Counted from the whole stretch's first letter, positions 24,310 through 38,944 are shown. The stretch is 63,323 bases of DNA, filler included, from Lenisia limosa (GCA_001655205.1; 16 parts of 16 records of this genome joined end to end with filler, not necessarily neighbours in it); one strand, 5' to 3'. Numbers and translations are program-made. The notes: a model not told the origin generated them from the sequence alone.

Positions 24310-25110
24310 AATAAACAGCTTAGTGGGTCCTCTTCTTCATCTTCCGCGGTCTTGGATGTACCAGCCAAGCGGAATTTGTAAGTATGTCTCTTGGAATGAT
24401 AGTATTAATGTATATAGACTCTGGAGGCAGCTATGACCAATCTAGAGGAGGACTAGAAGAGTGGGTTTCGCTTTAATATGCGTCTCAGAGTCTACACCTC
24501 GCCTTCCCTTCCGGATTATGGTTACTGCCACTGATAATTCACTATTTTAGGTCATGCGTCTTCTTTGGAACAACCCCCCCGGATGTAAGCCTTCTGTTTA
24601 TTATTTGTTGATCTTACTATAGTCAATAGACCTGGTATTTCTTTAAAATAAGCTTCGGATACTAAATAATATTTCACTATGGATTCTATGCTCGCATATC
24701 ATAGTTCTTCTACCATGGTAGTGAGCCAGTTTGGAGTGGTATTGTTTAACCGGCCTTTGGTCCATTTGTGGTTTGTTTCACTTTCCCTTCAATGCCACCT
24801 AATACTGTGAACTATTAATATCAAACATGAACTAGAATGAACAACGTGCAAAATTTTATTCTGCATCATACTGCACTGCATCACTACTCGTTGCTATGAG
24901 ACGTTTATCTGAGTAGGAATTTGAGTACCTCAAGGCAACTGGACCGCCAAAAGGAGACACTTCGTCGTCCTCCATCTTTGTCATGGCAGAGCCGGAGCTG
25001 CCAAAACAGACCTTTGATTGGCCCACGGTTCTTTTCGGGGCTGAAGGCAAACCGGGTTGGTGGTGGCCATTTTTTGCACTTTGATTGGCTTTCCAATGGC
25101 AACCCTCCGC
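24310..25110 (+). CDS. Unidentified spliced gene fragment
   Basis: GTAAGT/GTAAGC donors and TAG acceptors bound short exons, and the last exon has a hydrophobic stretch. No family is recognised. Confidence 0.3.
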
Positions 25111-27534
25111 CTGGTCCTTGTATCGTTGGATATATATATATATATATTGCAAATGTTCACTTTGTGTTGTGTATATGAGATTTTGGGATCGTTATCTATA
25201 TTTGGAATCGGTGTGGACGGCTTCGGCCAGATACTACCTAATTTTTTTATTTCTCATTGCTAATCGCGTTATTATGATAAATACCTTTTGTACTGTTTAT
25301 TTGCTGCTTTTTTTATATTCAAAATGAGCTCGGACATCCAAAGCCCCTTTTTTTATGAGAAATAAGGGGGGTAACTTCTCCACTTCTCAATCAACATGCT
25401 CAATCAACATGCTGCATAGCCCTTGTGAGAAGTTAAAATGTCAACCCCATACGACGATTTCAATTAAATTTTCAGGTCCGGAGAGTTCATTTGATGAGAT
25501 GTCATCATTAATGCCCATGCCGTCGCCCTCCTCGGAGGCAAGCCCGGAGTTCAATCATACTTTCAGGTCTGTGAATTAGGTATTACATTAGTGCTGGAAT
25601 TTCTTTTCATATTGGGTCAATATGATAAAGGGTAGTCGTCAAATATATATATATATATAGCTATATATATACATATATATAGCTATATCAGTATATATCC
25701 GTTTTTCCAAAGGGAGGGGGGGGGGTCTCGCTAGAGACCCCTCAAATATATACATTATATATGAATATACATTGTGGTGTATGGGGGTATGGGGTCAGGG
25801 AAAAAAATATAGCTACATACTGTTTTAAAAATTATTCCGTTTGTAGGTAAATAAATGTGTGATAGGTATATTAGCCAACTTTTTTTAATTTTGCTGAAAT
25901 CCAAGATTTAATTGAATATCTTTTGGTTGATGAATATGGGGAAGCCACATTAGTAGGATATAGATATATTTTTTTGTTTTTTTTTAAAGTTGTTATTGAA
26001 AATTTTGACAACTAAGATAATACATACATATATATGTACATAATAGGGTATGGGGGGTGCTAAATATATTTACAGCATATTNNNNNNNNNNNNNNNNNNN
26101 NNNNNNNNNNNNNNNNNNNNNNNNNTTAATTAATTAANNNNNNNNNNNNNNNNNNNNNNNNNNNNNNNNNNNNNNNNNNNNTTCAAGCTTTCTGCCCACA
26201 CTCTTCGGCATGTCATACAGCATTTCACCGTCTTAACTCTCGGGAGCGATTCTTTGTGGGTGCAGTGGAACACTAAAAACACATCACATATGGGCTTCAC
26301 TTTGGTTACATATGTCGAGTGCTGTTTCATCTTCTGTTAAAAGATTTTATTCATTTCCTCCTATAACGTCTTCAGAACCAATGAGGTACACCAGGTTGAG
26401 GAAATGAGCGTCTCCCATTTTTTCGAGGTGTTTGTTCTACTAATGCAGCGTTTTGCAATGTGCGGCCCTTCAAGAGCCCTCAGATCGGTGGGGGAGGGGG
26501 GGGGGGGGCNNNNNNNNNNNNNNNNNNNNNNNNNNNNNNNNNNNNNNNNNNNNNNNNNNNNNNNNNNNNNNNNNNNNNNNNNNNNNNNNNNNNNNNNNNN
26601 NNNNNNNNNNNNNNNNNNNNNNNNNNCAAATTATGGACTTTTTTTAGAATTATATTCCATTCCTGCTAACATCTTAGACATTTTTCGTTCTCAGCTCTGC
26701 TCTTCAGCATTTCGAAACTTCTAACGCCTCTACATCCTGCTTGAAATTGTGGGATGGTTTATTGCTGAAGCTTGAAATTTTTGGCCTATATTTATGGATA
26801 CTGCTTAAACTTGTGGGTAGTGATTGAGCTTTATCTTGAGTCAGTCATGTCAGGTTTATCGCGGGATATTATAAGCGTGGGTGGCTTCAGGCAGATACTA
26901 CCTTGTTTTATTGCGCATCTCTTTAACAAAGAAATATCTATTTAAAATTAACGTTGTTCGAAGTTTTGATGTGTCCGGTTCATTTTTAGCGTTGTCCGGC
27001 ACTTTGAACATAATATTGTATCATGTTCAATTGCTAATTTCCCAGTTTCTTCAAAGTCAATTCTCCACGTTTCCTGAGAGGTGAGCACTTTTGTTAATGC
27101 TGTCTTCTAATGACGATTATTTTGAACAAACTTTTACATTGCTGGAGGGAAATAAACAATACCATAAAGACAAATTAACTGATGATAATGATTGTGTTCA
27201 ATCATATATATTAATCGTTTCAGCCTTTTAGTACATGGCTTTGTTCAATCGCTTCCTTAAATTTCTTATTTTGCTATCCATTTCTGACTCTTGTAGACCT
27301 TCTTGGCTCCCAATGCGACATATCCGTATCATGCCAATACTTCAATTTGGTGACCTATCTAATCAAAGCGTCGTTTCAGGCAGAGCTGTTTGATTTGATT
27401 TTCCCAGTTCTCGTATGCCTAGGGGGGGGGGGGTCCAAGAGGAATACATAAAATAGAAGACTGGGTACCACCAGGGCTCCCTATGATCTTCAAAAGGGAA
27501 TCTCGTTAACTGTCGATGTTCTGTTTACATACCT

Positions 27535-27600
27535 TATCATATCACTTTTTGGATCATTTTCACACGTGTGAACTATCAGTTTCAACGCTGTGATATGGTA
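27535..27600 (+). repeat. Family E dispersed repeat (also about 32640-32720 and 35105-35165)
   Basis: Shared core TATCATATCACTT..TTCACACGTGTGAACTATCA..GTGATA. Confidence 0.65.
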
Positions 27601-29369
27601 ATCCTATCATCTCTTGTCCACCTTTATTTTTTTCTCACCTCTCAGACTGAACTACTCTCCGAAGTCTCCCCGCTCTTAACTTTCAAACTCACATCCACAA
27701 CCACAGTAAGTCCCCTCCTCCTCTTGATAATTAACTTATTTTCTTAAAATTAGTACTCATCGATTCAGAAGCCGCATTTGACCCGACTAGTCCAACAGGA
27801 CATTAACAAAAGGAATGCTAAAAAGCCGCAGCCAGGTAAGAGGGTGTGTGGGGATTAAAAGGAGGACCGCTTAAGGGCTGTCACACCACTCTGAAACTCA
27901 CAAAAAATAATTTGGGTGAATTAATAGTATTGTGTATCATCAATCACCAATATCTTCTTTCTAAGCAATAAACATGAACTTGTGGAAGGCTTCACACCGC
28001 TTTAATTATTGTTACATATTATAAGTTAGTAACTACAACTTTAATTATTGTTACACATGATGAGTGGGTAACATTGCAACTTCACCCCTTCGAGTGACAC
28101 TTTAGCCAAGCTCTTCCGCCCGCGTACCATGGCGGCAGAAAATTATCTAATAGAGTGAGATGGAGGGGGGGGGGGGNNNNNNNNNNNNNNNNNNNNNNNN
28201 NNNNNNNNNNNNNNNNNNNNTTAATTAATTAANNNNNNNNNNNNNNNNNNNNNNNNNNNNNNNNNNNNNNNNNNNNGGTAGAGTTGACTCGTATATCATA
28301 TCATTTACTACTATTTATGATATGTATTACATATAGTATACACATATGATATACTATATTACAATTTAACATATTATAGTATAGTAGTATATAATACACT
28401 CCTTTCTTCCTTATTATATTAAAACCATCAACAATTCATATTCTCACCTCATTAGCTGTTTTGTTGTCATAATCCTTGGTGGTGCTGACTTGTTGTCGCA
28501 TCCGTTTGAACTCATCGGTAAATAAAAGGATTTGTTCAGAACTCCCTGCAATTGAGACATCGATTGCAAAATTTGAAGTGGGATAAATTGTAACCAGAGT
28601 TGCTTTTCAAACTTAAAATTTATCAATTAATTTGTACATAAATTATTTTCACACAGTCTTGTATTGCTAACCTATCCAATATCCACTTTTTGCTATGAAA
28701 AGTCAGAGAATATAGGGGTTGAACTAATCAAGGTTTTGTTCAGCTATGTTCAATATTTGCTTGTTATGTTATTTTATCAGAGAATATTGGGGGTTGGTAA
28801 ATAGAGGATGTCGCAATATAGATATGTTTAAAGCTAAACTAAATAATCAATATCTCTCATTAACAAAACTGTTGGTATTTTGAAGACATTAATCTTGAAT
28901 AGGTAATTATGCAGTGTATCTACAAGTAGATCAAAACCTCCCATTTTAGAGAATGTAATTTCAAAAATCAACCCGGTAAAAAAATTGTTGGACTTTACCC
29001 ATGTATCCCTTCCTACTTCATCAACATTTTGTTTTGCTAGATCAGTAAGAGCATTGTATACCTGGTAGAATCAGCAAAATATATATCAAAATCCCAATGC
29101 AATGTCTTTAAAAGTGTTAATCATGAATAGCTTGAAAAAATATGATCATTGTATATATACTTCATAATAAAGTATAATATACTACAGGTTATGACTTATC
29201 ACAGTTACTGTAAAAGTATAATATTAAAAGTAAACAAAATATGATATGATAGAATATAGAATACGTACTTAATTGAACTACATCCCCTCTCCATAATTAA
29301 ACTTTTAAACAAAGAAATGCTGAAGAAGTTTACAGCTAACATTTCAGATCTTTACTCTGTGTACATAAT

Positions 29370-30950
29370 ACATGTACATATTCATATATTACCAAAATTC
29401 GATACTTGCGCATAAATCAGCTAAAGCCTCACAAAAGCCTACCCATAATATTACCAGAATTCTATGAAGAACTCAGTTCTTGCGCTTACCTCAGATAAAG
29501 GCTCACGAAGCCCCGAGTAGTCGTCAAATGTCTGTGCAGCATACAACAAGCTGCCAGTTTCAGCTGGTTCCAGTTCCTCATCATAGTCCCATCCGCTGCA
29601 AAATCGTTCTGCTGTTTTGCTGAGATGTGTTAGAAATGGTTCTGTGATATATAATACACTAATAGTATATATGCATAATATTGTAAATTATTTTGCTCAG
29701 AAATCAAATTAGACCAAAATTCTAAAAATTGTCCAATATTGTCAAATTTGTACAATATTATCAAATCTGTCTCTATTCGGAATCAAACCAACTTGTCATC
29801 AATACAACATGAAAACACCACCCAAAATGTAATCTGGTACATTTTTTTATCAAAATACTACTGTAGCTATTTTATAGATCGCTATGTGTACATAGTATAT
29901 TATACTCTATTATATATATTAGTAAATGTTTGTATATACCTAATATATACTATATGTATATATTGCATCTTATATTATCTGCTAAGTATAAACATAACCA
30001 CCCTTCTCCAACAGGAAATGCTGATGCTGCCTTCTGTACTGCGCGAAGGATTGCGGAACCCCTAGCTTGTCATTCTGGAAAAATCAACAATTGTTTGATT
30101 GTTATTCTTAGGGCTTTCAGTACAAAAAAAGGTCCGTAAATTCGAAATATATCAAAATTTATCGTAAATTTCAGGTATCCTCTACTAAGGTGAAGCCTTA
30201 CAGCAACTATGTAATATATAACGAAATTTATCATTTCCAAATGTATCATTTCTCCAATTTATAAAATATCAACAACTATGCCACCAGAAATCCATCCGTC
30301 TCACATATTCCGTTCCAAGAACCAAATGTATGCCATTTTCCTTAAAAACGTTCATAAGAGACTCGAAGTCTACGACATAGCTGGAATTGTCTTCATAAAG
30401 TGCCTTAAGTGTTAGATATCTATCAAATATAACACATCATTTTTAGGTGACAAAATTGAATAACATTATGATGAATTAATTTAGATAGTAAGGCAGAAGA
30501 AGAGTTATATGAAATACAAAGGTCTTTCAATCATTCCGCGAAACACTGAGGCTTATCGATTTAATGTCTTATTGGGAGAAGAAATAGAGCTGATATAACA
30601 TGGCTACGAACGACAGTCTTAAAATACTCAAGGCACCAACTGGATTTATGATGTAAAGATGGACGGATTTAAACACAACTGTCGCTTGCCCGGAACGGAG
30701 GGAGTTGTGGCTCTTTATAGACTGTTCAAGCTTAGTAGCCTCGACGCTGGTGATCGTCATCTTTTCAGATTGAAAATGATATAAACCTGGATATATGATA
30801 AGACAAATTGGATACCATTGATAGTAAACAATACACTAAAGTGTTCAGTTGAACTTACAAAATGCCCAGAAGTACGCGATGTTTATCGTTTTTTTGTCTT
30901 TTTTACAGCTTTTGAGATGCATGCAGACGGCTTTGTGGAAGTTTTCGATG
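29370..30950 (-). CDS. Unidentified multi-exon gene
   Basis: Open splice-bounded exons ALYEDNSSYVVDFESLMNVFKENGIHLVLGTEY, NDKLGVPQSFAQYRRQHQHFLLEK and RFCSGWDYDEELEP..REPLSE. Confidence 0.35.
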
Positions 30951-32769
30951 CTCAATAACCTTTTCTAGAGGATAACATTGTTTTGTGTGCGTAGTGATTC
31001 ATTTATACTACCATTTCCAACAAATCTGTCACGCTTATTTTCTCTTCACATTTAAGAGTTCAATATCAAAGATGACAACTTATTCTTAGCCCACAAACAC
31101 ATGGAACTATGTAACCGAACTTCTCGCTACCAACAAGATTCCTGAGGTACAAGACAACTGACGTGTTAGATATATTTAATGTTCATTTCTTCGAAATTAA
31201 ATATTGCTACTTTTGACTTAATTTTTTTGTAAGTCCTCATGGACTATTCTGCACGGTAATTTGTTTCCATTGAATTAATTTAATTTATGTGAAATATTAT
31301 GGCCTCAAATAAACTGACGTATCATATATATAGCAGCGAAACCAATGTTATCACATTGATATAACAAAAAGTGTCAACCACGCTGAACCATTTGAGAAAT
31401 CAAAACGAGAAGAACTCTCTCTAATAGTCTATATGACTTAATAAAACACTGTAATAATTTGATCTCAGAATTCGATCAAATGATCTTATCACTGTAAAAG
31501 GGATTAAAAAAAAGTAATTTCCCTCAATATTTCTTAATTAAAATTAAGAATTGTATTTTTATGATTTTTGGTCCTGGTGAGTGTGTCATATCGTGAACAA
31601 AAAAGGTGAAGTCTGTGAAAATGCTTTTAAATATAAAGCCTACCCAGGTTATAGAGTCTGTAGCTCAAAAAAGCGTTCATTAATTTGCCTTTTATATCAT
31701 CTGGCAATTTGAAGAAGCTCAAAATGGTGCAGTATTCAAATTGGATCCCATTCTCCTTAAACCTACGAATATTAATATTTTTGTCATAAAATAGCTATTA
31801 GCGATATTCTTGTCACTTAACAAAATGGATGAGATGTCCAGCCGACTTTTTTGCAGAAAACGCGATAGGAATGTACACTCCCATATCGCTCAAATCTTTT
31901 CCAATTTGATGTCTATAAAGTGATGATGGTGTAATGTGACAAGTTTAAAACATCAAATCAAATCAAATCAAACAAATCGCCAAATGTAACAGATCAAGTG
32001 TTACTATTGAGAATGTACAATATACTCAAATAAACTTGGAGTGAAGCAGTAAAATCCTATTTGAAATTATAGGAATCCCATCACTGACATGGCTGATTGT
32101 ATCAATAAATCTGTGATTCAAGGAATACTATATTATATCATATGCATAGCACTTACTATATACTATGTAAATGATAAGAAAAAGTACGTGGTATACATAT
32201 TTTTGTATTATATACACAGACCGATTTTCTGTGCGATTTCCCAAGAAAAATCGGTGAGGAGTTATCTCTGTCTGTATATTTGGGGTTTCTTTCAAATGTA
32301 CAGCGTATTCAGTGGGAATCACGGAAATTGTGAAAGAAAATCTAACTAGTCATGGGGGTGTGGAACAGACCTCGTTTCGTAGTTGATTGAACGTTTTAAC
32401 TTTGCTGCAATCATTTCCATCTAGGTATGTAAGAATAATTTTGACGAAATTAAATGACAAATTTTGAAACTATGGCCTGGTTACACTCTATTTCACCAAA
32501 AAATTGAAATAAATGAATCCATTAATTGAAATTTAATCAGGACAAATTAACGCATTTTTATGGAAATAAAACCTGTGTACCACATTAATTGCTTAAATAT
32601 TGAAACTCAAAAATCTACTGGTGTTATAGCATCACAAGTAGATATATCATATCACTTGTTGGGTCATATTCACATGTGTGAACTATCACTTTCCACACAG
32701 TGTTGTGATACCCCTTATAGTACATAAAAATGTGAAATGTCTTACAAATGAACATGAGAACTAAACACA

Positions 32770-32825
32770 GGTGGTATCTGGCCGAAGAGTTCCACACCAT
32801 CACGCTTTTTAGAGATATTGGATTA
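32770..32825 (-). mobile_element. Family B repeat
   Basis: GTATCTGGCCGAAG..CCACACCATCACGC..AGAGATATTGGATTA. Confidence 0.75.
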
Positions 32826-35800
32826 AAACAAGTTCTCAATCTTTTGAATACGCGGTACATTTTCTAACAGGTACACTGACCGTGATAATCCCTGGCACGA
32901 TTGACAAAAGATAAAGCTCAATGTCTGTATCAGGACTTATTGCGATCAATTTTGATGAGATTTTTTGTCGCAATATTAAAAGGATATAACAAGCTTTATT
33001 TTAACTGAAGCGCTTATATAGTGATCCACTCTCACAGTTTTATTTACTTTATCGTCGAAACATAGTACTGTGTCCACGGGAAGACGGTACCAGTCACCAA
33101 CACGATCAAAATCACCAAATGTCAGGGGGTAGACGTCTGGTGAGAAGTGAGGAAACCACATCTTCAACTGTATATTTCAAAAGTGAGCCTATTTTTTAGT
33201 TCATCAAATAAGAGTCTGTTGTGTCCATTTCCACTGAATATCATTTTCTATTATTTACATTAATTTTCAACAAACGTATGTCAAGGCTGTGTCATATTTA
33301 CTCTAAGTTATAAACCAAAGCACTTGTTATTTTGACGAGTCTCGTTTACAAAATCAAACATGTCCCATAAGAGTGAATAGACAGTATGAATGTACAGATC
33401 AAGCATGTGAATGTGATAGCGATCTGCACATATTTTTACATAGCATATGCAGAGTAATCATTCTATTATAAAATAATAGGTTTCTGTTTAATCATTATTT
33501 TGTTGGAGAAATTATTCATGATAAATGTCACTGTCGTTACAATAGTATCCACTTCAAATGCCAAAATTAATTTTTATATAAATACAGTACTACAATAATA
33601 TGTACTTAGACCACGATAAGTCCTAACACAGTTATTGAGCTTTATATTCTAAATCGAGAAATGCACCTGTTTACCCCAACTGAAAGCATCTGGTTACCCC
33701 AACTGTTTTGGGTGTACTTGGTTACCTTAACTGAAATTTATATCCAAATGGCCGTTTTACAAGCAGCTAATATATGTTCTCAAAACTCTTCCTACTTGTA
33801 AATAACAAAAGACTTATCAAAGGTCTACTCTTTGTGAAGGAGCTGTTATCCTAATACACATAGTTGGGGTAACCAAGTGCTCATCCCCAGTAAATCGTGT
33901 CAGGACTTATCACAGTCAGTGACGTCTCGTCTACATTCTTCTAAAAGTACTCGAAACCCACCATGGCAAGTTTTCCTGAAGACTTTTGCCAGAGCAATAC
34001 TGAATTCCTCTTTTTCAAAAGTCTTCCAACCTGTTACTTTGTCTAAGTTCTAAACGATCAGCAAAGTAACAATCTAGTTGACTAATATTTTTTTTAAGAA
34101 GTATCAAAAACCTGTGTTTCTGCCTGAGCAACACATACAAATAAAAATTGTTATTGGTTGATAGATTGAGGTTTGGACCAATTTCATACGTGTGAACTGG
34201 GTATCCACTCGTATGATAATTGACTTGCACATCTCAATGATATTCTGCCATACTCGGGATAATCCCTCTATGAAAGCAATATCGACCCAAATCTGAACTT
34301 GACAATTAGAATCATAAAAGTATAACCTGTTTAAAAGTTATAATTTTTTGGAACCTTGCATACAGTAAAATGTGGTCTGATGGTGGAGTGAGCATAGACC
34401 TCCTCAGCCGAATCTTTGTGTACCAGCCTTGTTTTTCTCACCAAGAAGTCGACAGATGACTCATCATTTTCCTTCTGGCCGCTGGATCGACTCAGAAGAA
34501 AGGAGATTACCCCAGTTGCCACCGGTATTAGGCCAGAAAGGGGGCCGATAAAAGGCGCTGCCAGAGTCGTTCCTGCCACTCCCACAAGATTTAAGACTTC
34601 GGTACTCGCCTAACGAGACAAGATTAAAACAAATCGAAATACTGACATTCTTTTAAAAGTAAATTATTTTATTCTGTGATGATTTATCATCAAAGTATTA
34701 TTAAGTCTTGTCGATCAATTATCATACCAGTAATGAGGTATAATATCATTGGGCGGACAATGATATTTCACACTTACAAAAATTAACCAAAAAAGAGAGG
34801 CTGAATTATGACACAAATTTCAAAGCAAGAGAACGTATTTAGAATGTACCACTCATAAATTTGAAATAAATTGAAATTTGATAAAATATCACACTTTACT
34901 ACTGCTCATTGAAAAGCAATTCTCAAATATCTCACTTTCATAAATTGATATTGTAAAAAAAGCAGAACATATTTATTGCACTGTGATAATGATACTTTCA
35001 AACAAAATTGACTTTGACTGTGGTAAGTGTTAACTGATATAATATATAATTTCCCCAAACAAAATTGTTCAATACAACCTTGTTCACTCAATATCTATCA
35101 CTTTTGAACATCTTCACCCGTGTGAACTGTCATTTTCCACGAAGTGATATGATCATATCACTTGACCGACAAATTTCACTCTGATGATGATATACTCTCG
35201 GGTGAACCCTCATGTATTCCTTTCATTATATGATTATCACTTTGTAGTATATAAAGGTCAATCAATGTAATTAGTGTATAATATTATCAATGAGAAATTA
35301 AAAACATGGTTTTATCTAGTGATTTATAATAATATGTGACATATCTAAGATATATTAATTACGCAGTTTCCCCTCACCTTTGCCATGTCAAAGTCGTCAC
35401 CACTTAGTTGTACAAATGAATCACTTTAGTTTACAGAACTGGATTCTCAATAAATCTTTGATAAATCCTCGATAAAATATCGATATTTTTTTGGAACCTA
35501 AAATGAAGCCCTAATATCCAGCCGACCATCTGGCGAATGATCTGTAGTTTAATGCAGCAGTTCTATTGTGTCATACCTCTGTTGTCAACGATGAAGGGTG
35601 CTCAGGTTCATTTGTCTTTTCAGAGGGATTATTAATGGTCTTTGGGGTTCTTTTTTCTTTACTAACAGGATGGGGTGATGGCAGTTTGTGATATAAGGGG
35701 TTCTTTTGATAAATAACAATACGGGTTGGGGCAAGAGTTAGGAGACTCGGATTCTTGTTTTAATTGTTAAAACATACATAAAGATGCGAGTGACAATGAA

Positions 35801-36377
35801 GGCATTTGAAGGAATAATTGAGGAAACCAAATCAACAGGAAAACTGCCTATTTAGGCAACAAGATTTCTATCATTCTATATGAAAACAATTTTGAAATCC
35901 CTGTATTTTCGCTGGGTACATCCATTACTCTCAGTTTGCGTTTGTTATTTTGCTGCGAAATATCGATATGATGCAAGTTACTGAATTCCGTTGTTGTCAT
36001 ATTCCGCCTTGATATCGTATTCTCAGTTTTCAGCTGAATTGAAATCCACTAAACTGCACCATTAACGCATTGACGCTCTTTTTTTTCGTTTTGTGAGAAG
36101 CTATCGACATTATGCAGCTAAATTTATTGACATTATTGTAATAAGTTCGTGCAAATGATGTAATTCCACCTCCCTGGGAATAACTTTTATTCAATTGAAC
36201 CTTTTAATATTATGAAATTTTTTTGATCAGGATCAATCGGGTCCATTTTGCTTCCATGAATCCAAAAAACAATATTCCTGGGGTAGAGCGGTAACTAGCA
36301 TTATCACCAAACGGTGCACATCTCACTTAAAAGGGACTATATTTATTACAAATGTCAAAACAACCATTGGAAAGAAA

Positions 36378-37262
36378 CTAAAGCATTAGGCACATGAAAT
36401 ACACATAGAGGAGAATGACAGCGTAGACCAGTAGCGGTTTCTGAGAAGTTAGCTTGAGGCTTGTAGTGGATGAGAAATAAAAAAGGTTGCATTTGGCCGA
36501 AGCGGTCCATACTATCACGCTTATCAGAGATATTTTATCATAGTGTTAGAATATAATAGAGCATATGACCGAAGTCGTCTATATCGTCACGTTAACAAAA
36601 GTTATTGATGATATACAGTGACCGGGATAAGTCTTGACCGATTTTCCTTGGGATATTCTATATTATAGCAAATCGGTCAAGAGTTATCCAGGTCACTGTA
36701 TGTATTAAAAAACAATTCATCCAGTCAAGAACATAAAAAGTACGACTCTGTATAATTCATTTCTTATGGAAATGAACTGATCAAATAGAGTTCTCGTGAC
36801 AATATGTTCCAAATCAAATTTGTGAACAAAGCACCTTGTTGGCTCACCTTTTCTGCAATTTCCGGCTGACTCAATATCGTCGCCGCCGCCACTCCAGCCC
36901 AAATCAGGCAGAAGCCGCGGAGGATTACAGCTGTCCACGTGCCGGCCATCAGAGAAACGCCCACGAGGAGGGCGCAGATTACCAGGGGGCCAAGGGAGTA
37001 CCCGGTTACACCGAGAACCTGGGGGGGGGNNNNNNNNNNNNNNNNNNNNNNNNNNNNNNNNNNNNNNNNNNNNNNNNNNNNNNNNNNNNNNNNNNNNNNN
37101 NNNNNNNNNNNNNNNGAAAATTCGGTCTATTTTCGAACCGAAGTGAAGTCCTAATTACCCCTCCCCCCTCACCAGTCCGAGTGACGTATTTTGCGCGCCA
37201 AAAGCACGGAGAAGCAGAAGCAGCATGTATGACCCCACTACCCACACCAGCAGGACCCCTGA
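36378..37262 (-). CDS. YIPF4: YIP1-domain protein (YIPF4-like), 3' exons
   Basis: VLLVWVVGSYMLLLLLRAL, VLGVTGYSLGPLVI..LIWAGVAAATIL and KPLLVYAVILLYVYFMCLML*. Confidence 0.75.
36616..36698. mobile_element. Family C Tc1/mariner-type MITE
   Basis: TA|CAGTGACCGGGATAAGTCTTGACCGAT...ATCGGTCAAGAGTTATCCAGGTCACTG|TA. Confidence 0.88.
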
Positions 37263-37367
37263 AGAGTGAAAAATGACAAATTTGGAAGCAATACCTTTCA
37301 AAATTTGACTTTTTGAGCCATTTTAAAGTGTTAACACATATGATGTATGATGTGATATGTAGACCGC

Positions 37368-37601
37368 AATAAGTCTTGACCGATTTTCCTTGGGATATCA
37401 TAGAGCAATCGGTCAAGACTTATCCCGATCACTGTGTATCATTAATGAAGAATTGAAATGTGATAATTGAAGTCCAAATCTTAATTCATAAAAAGCAGTC
37501 CTTTGATTATAATGAACATATACAGTGATCGGGATAAGTCCTGTCCTCATTTCCTTGGGAAATCACATAGCAAATCGGTCAACACTTATCCCAATCAGTG
37601 T
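37368..37601. mobile_element. Two adjacent family C MITEs (about 37368-37434 and 37523-37601)
   Basis: Both carry the same palindromic core; the second begins TA|CAGTGATCGGGATAAG. Confidence 0.8.
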
Positions 37602-37898
37602 AAACTTTGAGAACANNNNNNNNNNNNNNNNNNNNNNNNNNNNNNNNNNNNNNNNNNNNTTAATTAATTAANNNNNNNNNNNNNNNNNNNNNNNNNNNNN
37701 NNNNNNNNNNNNNNNTCATACATGCTAAATCATGAATATAAATGGGGGTACTTCCATTGGCTTTCCTTTCAAAAGTTAGAACAAATCCAAATGTAAGCAT
37801 ATTATTTAGGTTTCATTCCGGTTCAAAAAAGTCCGATGTCAGTCTTTTGACCGCAAGTGAATCGAATCTCATTTCAATCAAACCATTGACATTATCAG

Positions 37899-38844
37899 GA
37901 AATTGAAGGGCTGTTCCCCTATAACGGCAATGACATTGTGATTGCCTCAAACGGGAGTCTGCACTATGCCCAAGTCAAGGACGCTGCAACGGTCACAGTA
38001 ACTGCCATTCCTGATCAGGGAACCGTTTTCTGGAAGAAAGTGGAGGGGGGGGGGTAATAATGGAAGGTATAGGGATAATTTCCGATGTTTACATGATACT
38101 CTTTATCCATTGTTTACTTGGCAGTTTTCCTCCAACGGTCTTCTCTTCGGCCTAGGTCCCTATTCGAAACTTTGCTTTATCGACTCCATTCTCGATGTCA
38201 AATTCTGGGTATGACCTTTTGTTCTGGGGTCATATTAAATCATAATATATCATATCATATGATATAGTATATTGTCGTATAGTGTAGTATAGTATACTAC
38301 ATATACTATATATATTATCTTATTCAGATTTGTAAGATAAATGATGGGATCAATTGATATGCTACTCCCTATCTCTTAAAAGAGGGATGGTGTGGATGTC
38401 TTCGGCCAGAACCTTGTTATATGGTATAGACGGCTTCGGCCAGAGACAACCTTGTTTTATGGTGTGGACGACAACGTTATTTCTAATCTTTATATTCCTA
38501 TCACAAACGTTATTATGGGCGGTGTGGCTAGTGATAGCTCACACATTAATACTTCAACTTACCAAGTTGTATACATAAGTTCTCTCAAGTTTCTGTTGCT
38601 TTGTTTCTTTGTTGTATAGCAACGGCCTGATCTTTCCAAGTACATCTATACTGCAAACAGTTTTATTATTGTGTTTCACTTCCAGTTTCAATAAATTTTT
38701 CTTCCTCTAATTTTTTTTTTGGAGTACTGTTCTCATCCTAACTCACCCCACAGTGCCAACCCACGAGCGGGATGGACTCAATAGTCCTTCTCTCGCACAC
38801 AACAATGACTGCGGACCGCCTGTCGTTCGGCATCGCTGGAGTTG
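37899..38844 (+). CDS. Unidentified gene fragment (beta-strand-rich exons)
   Basis: Spliced exons EIEGLFPYNGNDIVIASNGSLHYAQV..VFWKK, FSSNGLLFGLG..DVKFW, a 20-nt exon QRPDLSK, and CQPTSGMDSIVLL. Confidence 0.45.
38370..38490 (+). mobile_element. Family B with an internally triplicated core
   Basis: ATGGTGTGGA..CTTCGGCCAGA..ACCTTGTT occurs two to three times in tandem. Confidence 0.7.
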
Positions 38845-38944
38845 NNNNNNNNNNNNNNNNNNNNNNNNNNNNNNNNNNNNNNNNNNNNTTAATTAATTAA
38901 NNNNNNNNNNNNNNNNNNNNNNNNNNNNNNNNNNNNNNNNNNNN

